From the IMG/VR virus record IMGVR_UViG_3300045988_156777, positions 1-29,955 of that record: a DNA stretch of 29,955 nucleotides, one strand, 5' to 3'. Source of the DNA: a virus. The position numbers were made by a program, and so were the translations under genes. The stretch's first letter is position 1, and each line of letters begins with the position of its first letter. Below, one piece after another: positions 6,622-13,843 of this stretch. The notes beneath the pieces were generated by a model, which saw only the letters and a program-made list of their open reading frames with translations, made no database searches and had not been told where the DNA came from.

Positions 6622-7137
6622 CTAGTACCCCTCTTTCAATCTTTGATAATTCACTTTGTTTTTGTCACAATATGCTTTGTGCACATCTTCAATCGTGAAA
6701 CCTAAGTATTCAGTGATTGCGATTAGTCTTTCAAGCTTATTTGAGTTAATGCTCGTTAAATCTGCAAGTAAATAAATAATTCCAGTTTTAAAAACTTTAA
6801 TTTCACAAAAATATGTTATAGCATTGTAAATCATTTGTTCTTCTGCTCTCAACTCCTCTTCACCACTATCGAAATGATTTTGATAACTTAAAACGAAATG
6901 CCAAATATCAACTAATTCTCCTAGAACTTTTTCTTCATCAACAGGTGCTTGAGATTTCTTCCACCAACACCAATCACCTTTTAATTCGTGCGTAAGTTCT
7001 CCAACTTCATCTAGAATTGCGAAGCCAAGATTTTTTTTGTCAATTTCAGTTAATCCGTATTCTTTCATAATTGCTTCATCTAGTTTAGCTTGCATTTGAA
7101 GCATTTCTTTGATTAATTTAATATCTTTACTTGTCAT
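6622..7137 (-). CDS. dut: dimeric (all-alpha, MazG-like) dUTP pyrophosphatase
   Basis: LDEVGELTHELKGDWCWWKK...GELVDIWHFVLS matches the dimeric dUTPase (dUTPase_2) metal-binding motifs as I remember them. AAAGGAG before the ATG. Confidence 0.75.
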   Translation of the reverse strand: MTSKDIKLIKEMLQMQAKLDEAIMKEYGLTEIDKKNLGFAILDEVGELTHELKGDWCWWKKSQAPVDEEKVLGELVDIWHFVLSYQNHFDSGEEELRAEEQMIYNAITYFCEIKVFKTGIIYLLADLTSINSNKLERLIAITEYLGFTIEDVHKAYCDKNKVNYQRLKEGY

Positions 7138-7148
7138 TTTTTCTCCTT

Positions 7149-7712
7149 TTATTCATCTATGAAATTTATGATATATGTTAATTCTTTCATTCTTTCTACA
7201 GCTTCTTCTTTAATGAATTGCAAAGTTGCTCTCTTTGCTACTTCAAAACTTTTAAACGGATGAAAAATGCTTATTGTTTCTCCAAAATACAATGTGAAAT
7301 ATACATAAAACAATTTTGGCTCACTCTCGTTAAGTTGGTGTTCTTCAATTGTTGCGATTGCTCTGTTTTCATTGTAGGCATCAGTCAATACAAGTCGTGT
7401 TATTTTTTGCCCGTCAAATCTATTTTTTTCCCATATTAATTTCATATTTTTCTCTTCAGCAACAACTTCAGAATTGTTATCTTCTGTTCTTCTATGTTTT
7501 ACATGATCTTTACCGGTTAATAATCTATATAAACAAGCTTTTCCACCAAAGAAATCAAGATTTCTAGAATCAAGTTCCATTGATCGTACCTCTAAATCTT
7601 CATTAAAATACAGTGGGTTGCATTGTTTAAACTCACCATCCACATCAAATGCATCGTATGGTTCTAAACCATTTTCTTCCATGAATTTTTCAATAACTTT
7701 CAGTTCAATCAT
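7149..7712 (-). CDS. hypothetical protein (187 aa)
   Basis: ORF track; GGAGGA before the ATG. Confidence 0.75.
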   Translation of the reverse strand: MIELKVIEKFMEENGLEPYDAFDVDGEFKQCNPLYFNEDLEVRSMELDSRNLDFFGGKACLYRLLTGKDHVKHRRTEDNNSEVVAEEKNMKLIWEKNRFDGQKITRLVLTDAYNENRAIATIEEHQLNESEPKLFYVYFTLYFGETISIFHPFKSFEVAKRATLQFIKEEAVERMKELTYIINFIDE

Positions 7713-7915
7713 TCTATTTCCTCCAATTCCAATTCTTCACATATTTTTACGATTATAAATCCATTCCTTGAACGCTTTATTTTTCCTTTTTTCTGTTTGG
7801 AACACATGGATCTAAATGTATTGATTGTTGTTTCTAAAAACGATGCACATTCATCTTCTGTTCCAATACAAGCAGGAAGATCATCCTTGTATATTCCATA
7901 TATTTTTCGTGCCAT
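7709..7915 (-). CDS. hypothetical protein (68 aa)
   Basis: ORF track; ATGA start/stop overlap with the DnaC-like gene. Confidence 0.65.
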   Translation of the reverse strand: MARKIYGIYKDDLPACIGTEDECASFLETTINTFRSMCSKQKKGKIKRSRNGFIIVKICEELELEEIE

Positions 7916-8706
7916 CAGTTCAACCTGTAATTCTTTCCAGGCTCTTTCTCAATTTCAAAGAAGAAACCATTGCACTTTTCAACAATTCGTCCAACTACCG
8001 CTTCATTTATATCAATCATTTCCTGGCTTGTTCTTTCGCAAGATATGATTGTCTGCATGTTGTTGTTATAGCGATAATCAATCAAATCAAAGATTGCTTT
8101 ATCATCCAACCGATTGGCACTAGATTTGAACAAATCATCTAGATACAATATTTGAGCGTGTTTAGCACGTTCTAGAAGCGAATAATCAAAGTTGCTAATA
8201 GAATTGCTCAACTCAATGTATCTGACGTACAGAACACGTTTATTTTGTTCTAACAACCAATTACTGATTCCTGAACATAAATGTGTTTTCCCACATCCAC
8301 TCTGCCCTAAAAACATCAACCAATTGCAAGGCATGTGTTCTGCAAAATTGTTTTTACAATCCTGGATGTAATTCACTGCCATTTTTTTGATTGCTTCTTG
8401 CCAAGGATCAGATGCAACGAAATCATTGATTCGTTTGTTCAACAAATCTTTTAAACCACTGTTCTTTTTGTTCTTCTCAATCCATTCACTGCGATAGCTT
8501 GATAGTTTCTCACAATCATTTCTTTTTGAACAGAACACCTTTGTTGGAGCCACCAAGTATTTCCCGTCATAATAAGCTGGCTTTTCCCAAATACCACAAG
8601 CGCCTGCTGCCATGCATTTATCACAATCACTTTGACAATGTTTGCTTTTAAGATATTTCTTATTTTCTTCATTTTGTTTTTGGATTATTTCACTAACTGA
8701 CTGCAT
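7915..8706 (-). CDS. DnaC/IstB-like AAA+ ATPase (helicase loader) with a Cys-rich N-terminus
   Basis: Walker A GQSGCGKTH, Walker B ILYLDDLF. TAATG overlap with the replication organizer gene. Confidence 0.85.
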   Translation of the reverse strand: MQSVSEIIQKQNEENKKYLKSKHCQSDCDKCMAAGACGIWEKPAYYDGKYLVAPTKVFCSKRNDCEKLSSYRSEWIEKNKKNSGLKDLLNKRINDFVASDPWQEAIKKMAVNYIQDCKNNFAEHMPCNWLMFLGQSGCGKTHLCSGISNWLLEQNKRVLYVRYIELSNSISNFDYSLLERAKHAQILYLDDLFKSSANRLDDKAIFDLIDYRYNNNMQTIISCERTSQEMIDINEAVVGRIVEKCNGFFFEIEKEPGKNYRLN

Positions 8707-9509
8707 TACATCTTCATTCCTTTCGTGATTACAAAATTATTTGTTTTTTGTTTAGGTGCTACACTGTTCAGATAAATTTCAAACTTAGATCCAAACAACG
8801 TGTCAGGCCTTAGATACTTGTTCATCTCTGTATCGTTTACCCATTCAGAAGCTTTAACATCAATCACAAGCTTAAAGTCTTCTAACCTGAATCCTTCATT
8901 CCATCTAGCATGAATCTTATCTCTAGCAATACGATTACTGTGTTTGTAATTCTTTGAACATTTAGAATTCAAGTAGTCAATAATTTCAACATAAGGGATT
9001 GTTTCTGATGCTGATAAATCAGTGTCGTCGGAACTTTCTTTTATATTTCTTTTATTATTAACTGTGTATATAAATGTTTTATTAACTGTCTTACATTGGA
9101 CAGATTTGTCTTTTGTACATTGGACAGATTTGTCTTTTGTACATTGGACAGATTCGGTAAATGCATTGGACAAATTTGACCAATCGATAGATAAAGCATT
9201 TTTTAACTTTTCACCCATATTTCCAAATGCATACCAGCTTGTTTGATTCCAAGGATTTTCATTGTAATTTCCTTTGATAATCAAATCTTCATCAACCATT
9301 TTTTGAAGTATTCTTTGTATCTTTTTTTCACTCCAGTATGGAAATAATTTTTTAAATCCTTTTGCAGAATTAAACGTCCAATATTTTCCATCATGATAGT
9401 TGTTCTCATTTGCTTCATTTTTGTTGATCCAAAAACAAAACATATCAAATACAACAGCAACTTCAATGCCGTATTTGTCGGCTATTGCTATTTCAAAACT
9501 GTGTTTCAT
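8706..9509 (-). CDS. phage replication organizer with a conserved-phage-C-terminus (Phg_2220_C-like) domain
   Basis: C-terminus IIDYLNSKCSKNYKH...IHARWNEGFRLEDFKLVIDVK..W.....NKYLRPDTLFGSKFEIYLN fits that family. The internal peptide repeat SVQCTKDK comes from the DNA iterons. Confidence 0.8.
   Translation of the reverse strand: MKHSFEIAIADKYGIEVAVVFDMFCFWINKNEANENNYHDGKYWTFNSAKGFKKLFPYWSEKKIQRILQKMVDEDLIIKGNYNENPWNQTSWYAFGNMGEKLKNALSIDWSNLSNAFTESVQCTKDKSVQCTKDKSVQCKTVNKTFIYTVNNKRNIKESSDDTDLSASETIPYVEIIDYLNSKCSKNYKHSNRIARDKIHARWNEGFRLEDFKLVIDVKASEWVNDTEMNKYLRPDTLFGSKFEIYLNSVAPKQKTNNFVITKGMKM
9094..9180. repeat. four direct iterons CATTGGACA(G/A)AT inside the replication organizer gene; probable phage origin
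   Basis: Copies start at 9094, 9118, 9142 and 9164 (periods 24, 24, 22). The first two 24-mers (CATTGGACAGATTTGTCTTTTGTA) are identical. Confidence 0.7.
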
Positions 9510-9518
9510 TTTCTATCC

Positions 9519-9782
9519 TCAGAATAAAGATATTTCCTTTATTCTCTTTCTATTCCTTGTATTACTTTTAGGTAGAATCACAAGCTCATAAAGCCTTCCA
9601 TCTACCTGATAAAAACGATATGCTGCGCCCATACAAGAAACATTTTTTCTTTGTACAAGAGCAGCTGTTATTCCATATTCTTCAAACATATAAACTGCAT
9701 CAGGAACTACTTGTAGAACCTCATATGATGCATCTTGAACCTGAATAACATCACCTGTATTAACATTAGTAGCTTCTTTCAT
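9519..9782 (-). CDS. hypothetical protein (87 aa)
   Basis: ORF track; GGGAGA before the ATG. It heads the replication-module block, with only 47 bp (9783-9829) separating it from the divergent gene at 9830. Confidence 0.7.
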   Translation of the reverse strand: MKEATNVNTGDVIQVQDASYEVLQVVPDAVYMFEEYGITAALVQRKNVSCMGAAYRFYQVDGRLYELVILPKSNTRNRKRIKEISLF

Positions 9783-9797
9783 TTGTTTCTCCCGTCT

Positions 9798-9805
9798 TGT
9801 ATAAT
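9798..9805 (+). promoter_or_regulatory. TGTATAAT extended -10-like box
   Basis: Lies 25 nt upstream of ATG 9830, followed by AAGAGG. Confidence 0.4.
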
Positions 9806-9829
9806 TACCTCGAAAAGAGGTATATTTAT

Positions 9830-10285
9830 ATGAAATTTGATAATGATTTTTTAAATTTTGCTTTTAAATCGTGGCCTTATATAGTCGCGATAATTCCATC
9901 TTGTGTAGGTCTTCATAAGTCGATTAAAGTAGAGAAGATTATAGCTGCTAATAAGGAACTTGTTTCTATAATCCAAGCTCGTGCACCAATAACTCAAGAG
10001 CATTACAATCAATTATTAAGTGTTTTCTCTGATTATTTAGACAAAGCCGCTAGATACAATAAATCAGATGGGAACAATTTATTAAAAGAATATCGTGCTG
10101 CCTATTTAAAATCTCGAATGCTAATCCCTGACAAAGAACTACATGATAAAATGGATGAAGTTAATACGTATTTGTTAGATCAAAAAAAATCTAATATTAA
10201 ATCTGAATTGGAATTCACTAACATGTTGGCTGATATATCTGACTCTTTCAGTCTCTTTCTAGATCAAATTGAAAGAAACGCATGA
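9830..10285 (+). CDS. counter-oriented hypothetical protein with an N-terminal TM helix and a helical body (151 aa)
   Basis: ORF track gives 9797..10285 from a TTG. ATG at 9830 follows AAGAGG. Hydrophobic SWPYIVAIIPSCVGL near the N-terminus. Confidence 0.7.
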   Translation: MKFDNDFLNFAFKSWPYIVAIIPSCVGLHKSIKVEKIIAANKELVSIIQARAPITQEHYNQLLSVFSDYLDKAARYNKSDGNNLLKEYRAAYLKSRMLIPDKELHDKMDEVNTYLLDQKKSNIKSELEFTNMLADISDSFSLFLDQIERNA

Positions 10286-10455
10286 CATAGTCCAAATGCA
10301 CATGCATGTCCATAGAACCAAAATTTAAAATACTGAATTGCATGTCTTTTAATATCGTCTTTATAGTCATAGAATTTAGTTTCAATAAATTCTAAAATAA
10401 AAGCAATCATGATTGTTACCATCCATCCAACATCCACTGCAAATTTAACATCCAT
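10264..10455 (-). CDS. small membrane protein (63 aa) downstream of the recombinase
   Basis: ORF track; 8-nt gap after the recombinase stop; two hydrophobic segments; weak RBS. Confidence 0.45.
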   Translation of the reverse strand: MDVKFAVDVGWMVTIMIAFILEFIETKFYDYKDDIKRHAIQYFKFWFYGHACAFGLCHAFLSI

Positions 10456-10463
10456 TCCATTCC

Positions 10464-11363
10464 CTACTTTCTTTTCGCATAACTCAATGATTCAAGATTT
10501 TGCTTTTTCATTTTCCTTGTTGTACGAACATAGATTCTTGTAGTTTCTAAACTAGAATGTCCAAGAATATCCGCAAGTTCTGCAATCGCATTTTCACCAT
10601 TCTGCATCAAATACTGAATTGCAAACAAATGCCTAAATGCATGAGGATGTACTTTACCAAGCTTAATTCCTCTGCATTTACCAGCAATCATCTTTAAGTC
10701 TCTAGACAACACACGAGCGTTTACAGGACTTTCCTTATCAGAAGATGTAAATATACACCCTTCTTCAATTCTGTTGTCCTTGCAGTATTTAAGGAGCTCT
10801 CTGCGCAAGTCTGAACGTAGAATGATTCCTCTTCCTTTTCCTTTGTTCATAACATACACATTGTCATCCGTTACTGCTTCTACGGTAAAGAACTGTAGTT
10901 CACTCAAACGAATTCCCGTATACCCAAACACCTTCATGATCTCGTATAAGTCCATACGATTGATTTCACGAGCTTTTTTCAATAGTCTTTGAAATTCATT
11001 AGGCTCTAGAATATCATCCAAAGAATCATCTTTCTGGACTCTTACGTTCTTCAATAAATTCTTTGAATAATATTTCTTTAGCTTAAGAAAATTAAAATCA
11101 TCATCTGAATCTATGATCTCTGCATATTTAATAAATTTATTAATGATCACAATATAGTTGTTTACTGTACTGATTTTATAATCGTGCAGCAGTTTATCTT
11201 TAACACCAACTATATCTGATTTTGTGATTTTACAATCAGGCAATGAGTTAACAAACAAAGTAGCAACATGCTTGTATTTACGAATGGTATTCTTACTTTT
11301 CTCATCCGCTGTTTCTTCTTCAATAAACCCGTCAATTTTTGTTTGTAACTCATCCTTAGTCAT
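10464..11363 (-). CDS. XerC/XerD-like tyrosine recombinase (299 aa, no arm-binding domain)
   Basis: Catalytic signature GIRLSEL (Arg), HPHAFRH (His-x-x-Arg), LGHSSLETTRIY (His, Tyr). N-terminal SAM-like core-binding domain. Confidence 0.9.
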   Translation of the reverse strand: MTKDELQTKIDGFIEEETADEKSKNTIRKYKHVATLFVNSLPDCKITKSDIVGVKDKLLHDYKISTVNNYIVIINKFIKYAEIIDSDDDFNFLKLKKYYSKNLLKNVRVQKDDSLDDILEPNEFQRLLKKAREINRMDLYEIMKVFGYTGIRLSELQFFTVEAVTDDNVYVMNKGKGRGIILRSDLRRELLKYCKDNRIEEGCIFTSSDKESPVNARVLSRDLKMIAGKCRGIKLGKVHPHAFRHLFAIQYLMQNGENAIAELADILGHSSLETTRIYVRTTRKMKKQNLESLSYAKRK

Positions 11364-11364
11364 A

Positions 11365-11586
11365 TTACTTAACTACCTGGATGATTGTTGTAGCCAACAC
11401 CTTAGTAGATAAAAATACGCATACATTCAATGCAAGTAAAGCAATATTAATGAATGTACATGCAACTACATAATTCTTTGACTTAGGTTTCAAATTAATG
11501 AGATACTTGTCATCTAACTTATTAATCTCATAGTTATCGAAATCAGGAATTACCCAATTTTCTTTTTCTTCTTTTTCTTTTGTCAT
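11365..11586 (-). CDS. small protein with a C-terminal TM helix (73 aa)
   Basis: ORF track gives 11365..11694. The internal ATG at 11586 has AAGGAG 8 nt upstream. MTKEKEEKENW...VVACTFINIALLALNVCVFL. Confidence 0.6.
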   Translation of the reverse strand: MTKEKEEKENWVIPDFDNYEINKLDDKYLINLKPKSKNYVVACTFINIALLALNVCVFLSTKVLATTIIQVVK

Positions 11587-11600
11587 TTTATATCTCCTTA

Positions 11601-11606
11601 TATAAT
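11601..11606 (+). promoter_or_regulatory. TATAAT -10 box for the gene at 11628
   Basis: TATAAT lies 22 nt before the ATG, followed by GGAGGTG. Confidence 0.35.
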
Positions 11607-11627
11607 AGTGATTGGAGGTGAAAAGAA

Positions 11628-11843
11628 ATGTCTGATTTAGCAATTCAAATCCACAAATTTGTCCTAGCAAACAAATATGGTGAGTATGATACATGTAGCA
11701 TAGAAAATGTTTCCAAAGCGTTCCCAGGCTATACAGAATATCAACTCGAAGATGCTCTTGATGAACTAGCAGACCGTGGATATATCAAATCAAACGGTCA
11801 TTTTGACGCTACTGATTATTACACTTTCACAGTGTTGAAATAA
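11628..11843 (+). CDS. counter-oriented small protein, possibly winged-helix (71 aa)
   Basis: ORF track; GGAGGTG before the ATG; followed by its own terminator. Confidence 0.7.
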   Translation: MSDLAIQIHKFVLANKYGEYDTCSIENVSKAFPGYTEYQLEDALDELADRGYIKSNGHFDATDYYTFTVLK

Positions 11844-11852
11844 CCCAAGGCA

Positions 11853-12143
11853 TTAGCACTCTTTAGAGTGCTTTTCTTTTTGCCTTACCCTTTCATGAAT
11901 CGAATATGCTCTATCTTGATGATCTATTCTTTTCACCAAAATCCAATCCTTAGCCAAAATATCATTTGTTGTAATACCTGCCATACGAACAATACATCCT
12001 TTAAAAGGAATATAAGCTCCATAGCCATAAATAGCATTATCAAACGGCACTAAATAGCCATTTACAGTTGTGAGGAATGAATTCTTGCGTACCATTCCCA
12101 TTTTTCTTTTCTTTGCCAACTTAGTGGCTTTCATAATATTCAT
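11853..12143 (-). CDS. DUF2829-like protein (family that includes the anti-Thoeris sponge Tad2); tentative
   Basis: AAAGGAG before the ATG. N-terminus KATKLAKKRKMGMVRKN and C-terminal ITTNDILAKDWILV resemble the DUF2829 pattern (..GkkvaR..W ... DllAeDWeiv) as I remember it. Confidence 0.45.
   Translation of the reverse strand: MNIMKATKLAKKRKMGMVRKNSFLTTVNGYLVPFDNAIYGYGAYIPFKGCIVRMAGITTNDILAKDWILVKRIDHQDRAYSIHERVRQKEKHSKEC
11855..11882 (+). terminator. rho-independent terminator
   Basis: AGCACTCT tt AGAGTGCT (11855-11872) followed by TTTTCTTTTT. Confidence 0.7.
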
Positions 12144-12198
12144 TTTTTATTTCTCCTTTTAGAAACTGTGATATAATAATGATGTGGCTAATTTATAC

Positions 12199-12240
12199 AG
12201 GGCTGCTGCCCTAGCACTCTTGTCCAAGAGTGCTTTTTAT
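12199..12240 (+). terminator. double-hairpin terminator
   Basis: AGGGC tgct GCCCT (12199-12212), then AGCACTCTTG tc CAAGAGTGCT (12213-12234), then T5. Shares the AGCACTCT/AGAGTGCT arms with the hairpin at 11855. Confidence 0.6.
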
Positions 12241-12471
12241 TTGTTCCTTCCAAATGTCATTAAGTGCACTTTTAGTCTCAGGAAAATACTCAACAAATAA
12301 CGGAGTAGGAACTGCAAGAATCTTTCCAAGCATAGTGTCTCGATATGATCCTTCAAATATTTCACCCTTTTTATCTTTTTGTCTGCGTAGATTATGTAAA
12401 ATCTTCCTGGCTTGTGTATCCTTTACAGGTAAAACCAGAAGTACATCCTTCACAGTTACGTACGCTTTCAT
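12211..12471 (-). CDS. small HTH DNA-binding protein (86 aa)
   Basis: AAAGGAGAG before the ATG. VTVKDVLLVLPVKDTQARKILHNLRR looks like an excisionase/MerR-type HTH. Confidence 0.65.
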   Translation of the reverse strand: MKAYVTVKDVLLVLPVKDTQARKILHNLRRQKDKKGEIFEGSYRDTMLGKILAVPTPLFVEYFPETKSALNDIWKEQIKSTLGQEC

Positions 12472-12503
12472 TTCTTTTTGCTCTCCTTTCCGTTATGTTC
12501 ATG

Positions 12504-12511
12504 TGTATAAT
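12504..12511 (+). promoter_or_regulatory. TGTATAAT extended -10-like box
   Basis: Lies 20 nt before ATG 12531, followed by GGAGG. Confidence 0.4.
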
Positions 12512-12530
12512 TGATACGGAGGTATAACAC

Positions 12531-12980
12531 ATGAAATTACTAAATACTTTTAAATCACTACTCGATATCGCCAATAAAATTATTCCTAGTTTTAGAATCA
12601 TACGTTTTAACTCAAAAGTAATTGATTATGAGTTACAAAATAAGACTACTTTGCTCTATATTCACCTTATAAACGATTCAAACTGTGATATAGAAATAAG
12701 AAACATTTCCATTGTCGATAACGATAAAGAATATCCTGTTCTCTTAGAACCGACCCTCATTAAAGTTGAAGGCGGTAAAGCTCAATATTCTTCTGCACTT
12801 CCTTTTCAAATGAATCCAAGGACGTCAAATTACGTTTATTTAATATTCCGTAATTATGAAGGAAGGTCTTTAGAGATTGATAATCTTCTCTCTTTGAAAT
12901 TTCAAATAAATCGTAAGGAGTTAGTGATAAATCAATTCCTACCTCGTAAATCTTATTATCTGCATAATAAGCGGAGGTAA
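12531..12980 (+). CDS. counter-oriented hypothetical protein, beta-rich (149 aa)
   Basis: ORF track; ACGGAGG 7 nt before the ATG; own promoter-like box. Confidence 0.7.
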   Translation: MKLLNTFKSLLDIANKIIPSFRIIRFNSKVIDYELQNKTTLLYIHLINDSNCDIEIRNISIVDNDKEYPVLLEPTLIKVEGGKAQYSSALPFQMNPRTSNYVYLIFRNYEGRSLEIDNLLSLKFQINRKELVINQFLPRKSYYLHNKRR

Positions 12981-13013
12981 TTACATTTCCTTTTTCCATA
13001 ACATTCTCCATAA

Positions 13014-13062
13014 AATATAAAAAGCCCTGTGTAAACCTAAATAGTGGAATTTTACACAAGGC
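13014..13062 (-). terminator. terminator after the RHH gene (possibly bidirectional)
   Basis: GCCCTGTGTAAA (13024-13035) pairs with TTTACACAAGGC (13051-13062), one mismatch. A T-rich run follows on the minus strand. Confidence 0.55.
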
Positions 13063-13220
13063 CTAAATTTACATTTGTTTTGTACGTATAAAACATGATA
13101 TACTACTAGTGGCCTTGTGCCTTGATGATGATGTGAATTTGTCGCAAACAATGAAACACATCAACATCCGATTTTCTAGGGTTCGTGTTCGGTCGCCAAA
13201 CTAAATCACGTTCCCTATTT

Positions 13221-13394
13221 TTATTTTACTTTGTTAATGAGCATTCTGACATATTCAGAACGGCTCATTTTTTCTTTTTTACAGAGTTCATCAAGTTTAT
13301 TTAAAGTTGATTTATCAAACCGAATCTCTGTTCTAACATTTTTTGGTTCTCCTATTACAGGTCTTCCCATCTTAGACTTTGCGACTTCATTCAT
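13221..13394 (-). CDS. ribbon-helix-helix (CopG/Arc-type) DNA-binding protein (57 aa)
   Basis: ORF track gives 13221..13445. ATG at 13394 follows GGAAAGGAG. MGRPVIGEPKNVRTEIRFDKSTLNKLDELCKKEKMSRSEYVRMLI is a typical RHH. Confidence 0.8.
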   Translation of the reverse strand: MNEVAKSKMGRPVIGEPKNVRTEIRFDKSTLNKLDELCKKEKMSRSEYVRMLINKVK

Positions 13395-13501
13395 ACCGCT
13401 CCTTTCCCAATGAACAACATACTTTTGTACGTTGATTTGTCGCACATATATAATGACATATGTACGTAGTTATGTCAAACGGATTATGGCGAAAATTTCC
13501 A

Positions 13502-13681
13502 CTATTCAGTTTTCAAAGAACTATCGGACTCGGGATGTTTATCTGAGTCCGTTTCTGAGCCTTTTCTTTTGCTCTGAGTCAAAATACACGCGATATATCC
13601 TCGATCATACTCATTGATGTCGTATCCCATCTTTCCCAGTGTATCCAAAGCGTCTTTAGTGACATTTTCCTCATCAGTCAT
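13502..13681 (-). CDS. first early gene, small acidic protein (59 aa)
   Basis: Just below the cutoff. AAAGGAGGG lies 5 nt before ATG 13681. Hand translation MTDEENVTKDALDTLGKMGYDINEYDRGYIACILTQSKRKGSETDSDKHPESDSSLKTE, TAG at 13502-13504. Confidence 0.6.
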   Translation of the reverse strand: MTDEENVTKDALDTLGKMGYDINEYDRGYIACILTQSKRKGSETDSDKHPESDSSLKTE

Positions 13682-13708
13682 TACATCCCTCCTTTTAAAA
13701 TACTTTTT

Positions 13709-13753
13709 GTATGCAACACATACATTATAAGTATGTGTTGCATACTATGTCAA
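13709..13753 (-). promoter_or_regulatory. early lytic promoter with embedded operator
   Basis: Minus strand reads TTGACA (13753-13748), a 17-18 nt spacer, then TATAAT (13729-13724). A perfect 15-bp inverted repeat GTATGCAACACATAC / GTATGTGTTGCATAC (13709-13723 and 13731-13745) brackets the -10. Confidence 0.7.
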
Positions 13754-13805
13754 CTTTAAATTATTCAAATAATTTGTTTTTTTGTATACTCGACATACTT
13801 TTTAA

Positions 13806-13813
13806 TGTATAAT
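13806..13813 (+). promoter_or_regulatory. TGTATAAT box for the repressor gene
   Basis: Divergent from the early promoter and about 50 bp away. Followed by AGAGGTG and GTG 13844. Confidence 0.45.
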
Positions 13814-13843
13814 CACAGTGTAAGCAGTTAAGAGGTGAAAATT

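Noticed and set aside
9094-9180. Repeat array considered as a mini-CRISPR
   Set aside because: The repeats are contiguous 22-24-bp units without unique spacers. They lie in frame inside a replication gene, and there are no cas genes. The iteron interpretation fits.
6132-9591. Series of plus-strand ORFs (6132..6449, 7218..7439, 7349..7567, 7797..8048, 7825..8142, 9022..9246, 9400..9591) and the nested minus-strand ORFs 8451..8672 and 9281..9466
   Set aside because: All are embedded in or antisense to well-supported minus-strand genes with recognisable domains. None has a convincing Shine-Dalgarno, and their compositions are shadow-like.
12760-13059. 99-aa minus-strand ORF overlapping the 3' end of 12531..12980 by 220 nt
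   Set aside because: Its 5' part is the terminator hairpin (13024-13062) and its T-run, so no promoter or RBS context exists for the first ATG. The convergent plus-strand gene has a much better RBS and promoter box. A shorter product from the internal ATG after GGAG cannot be fully excluded.
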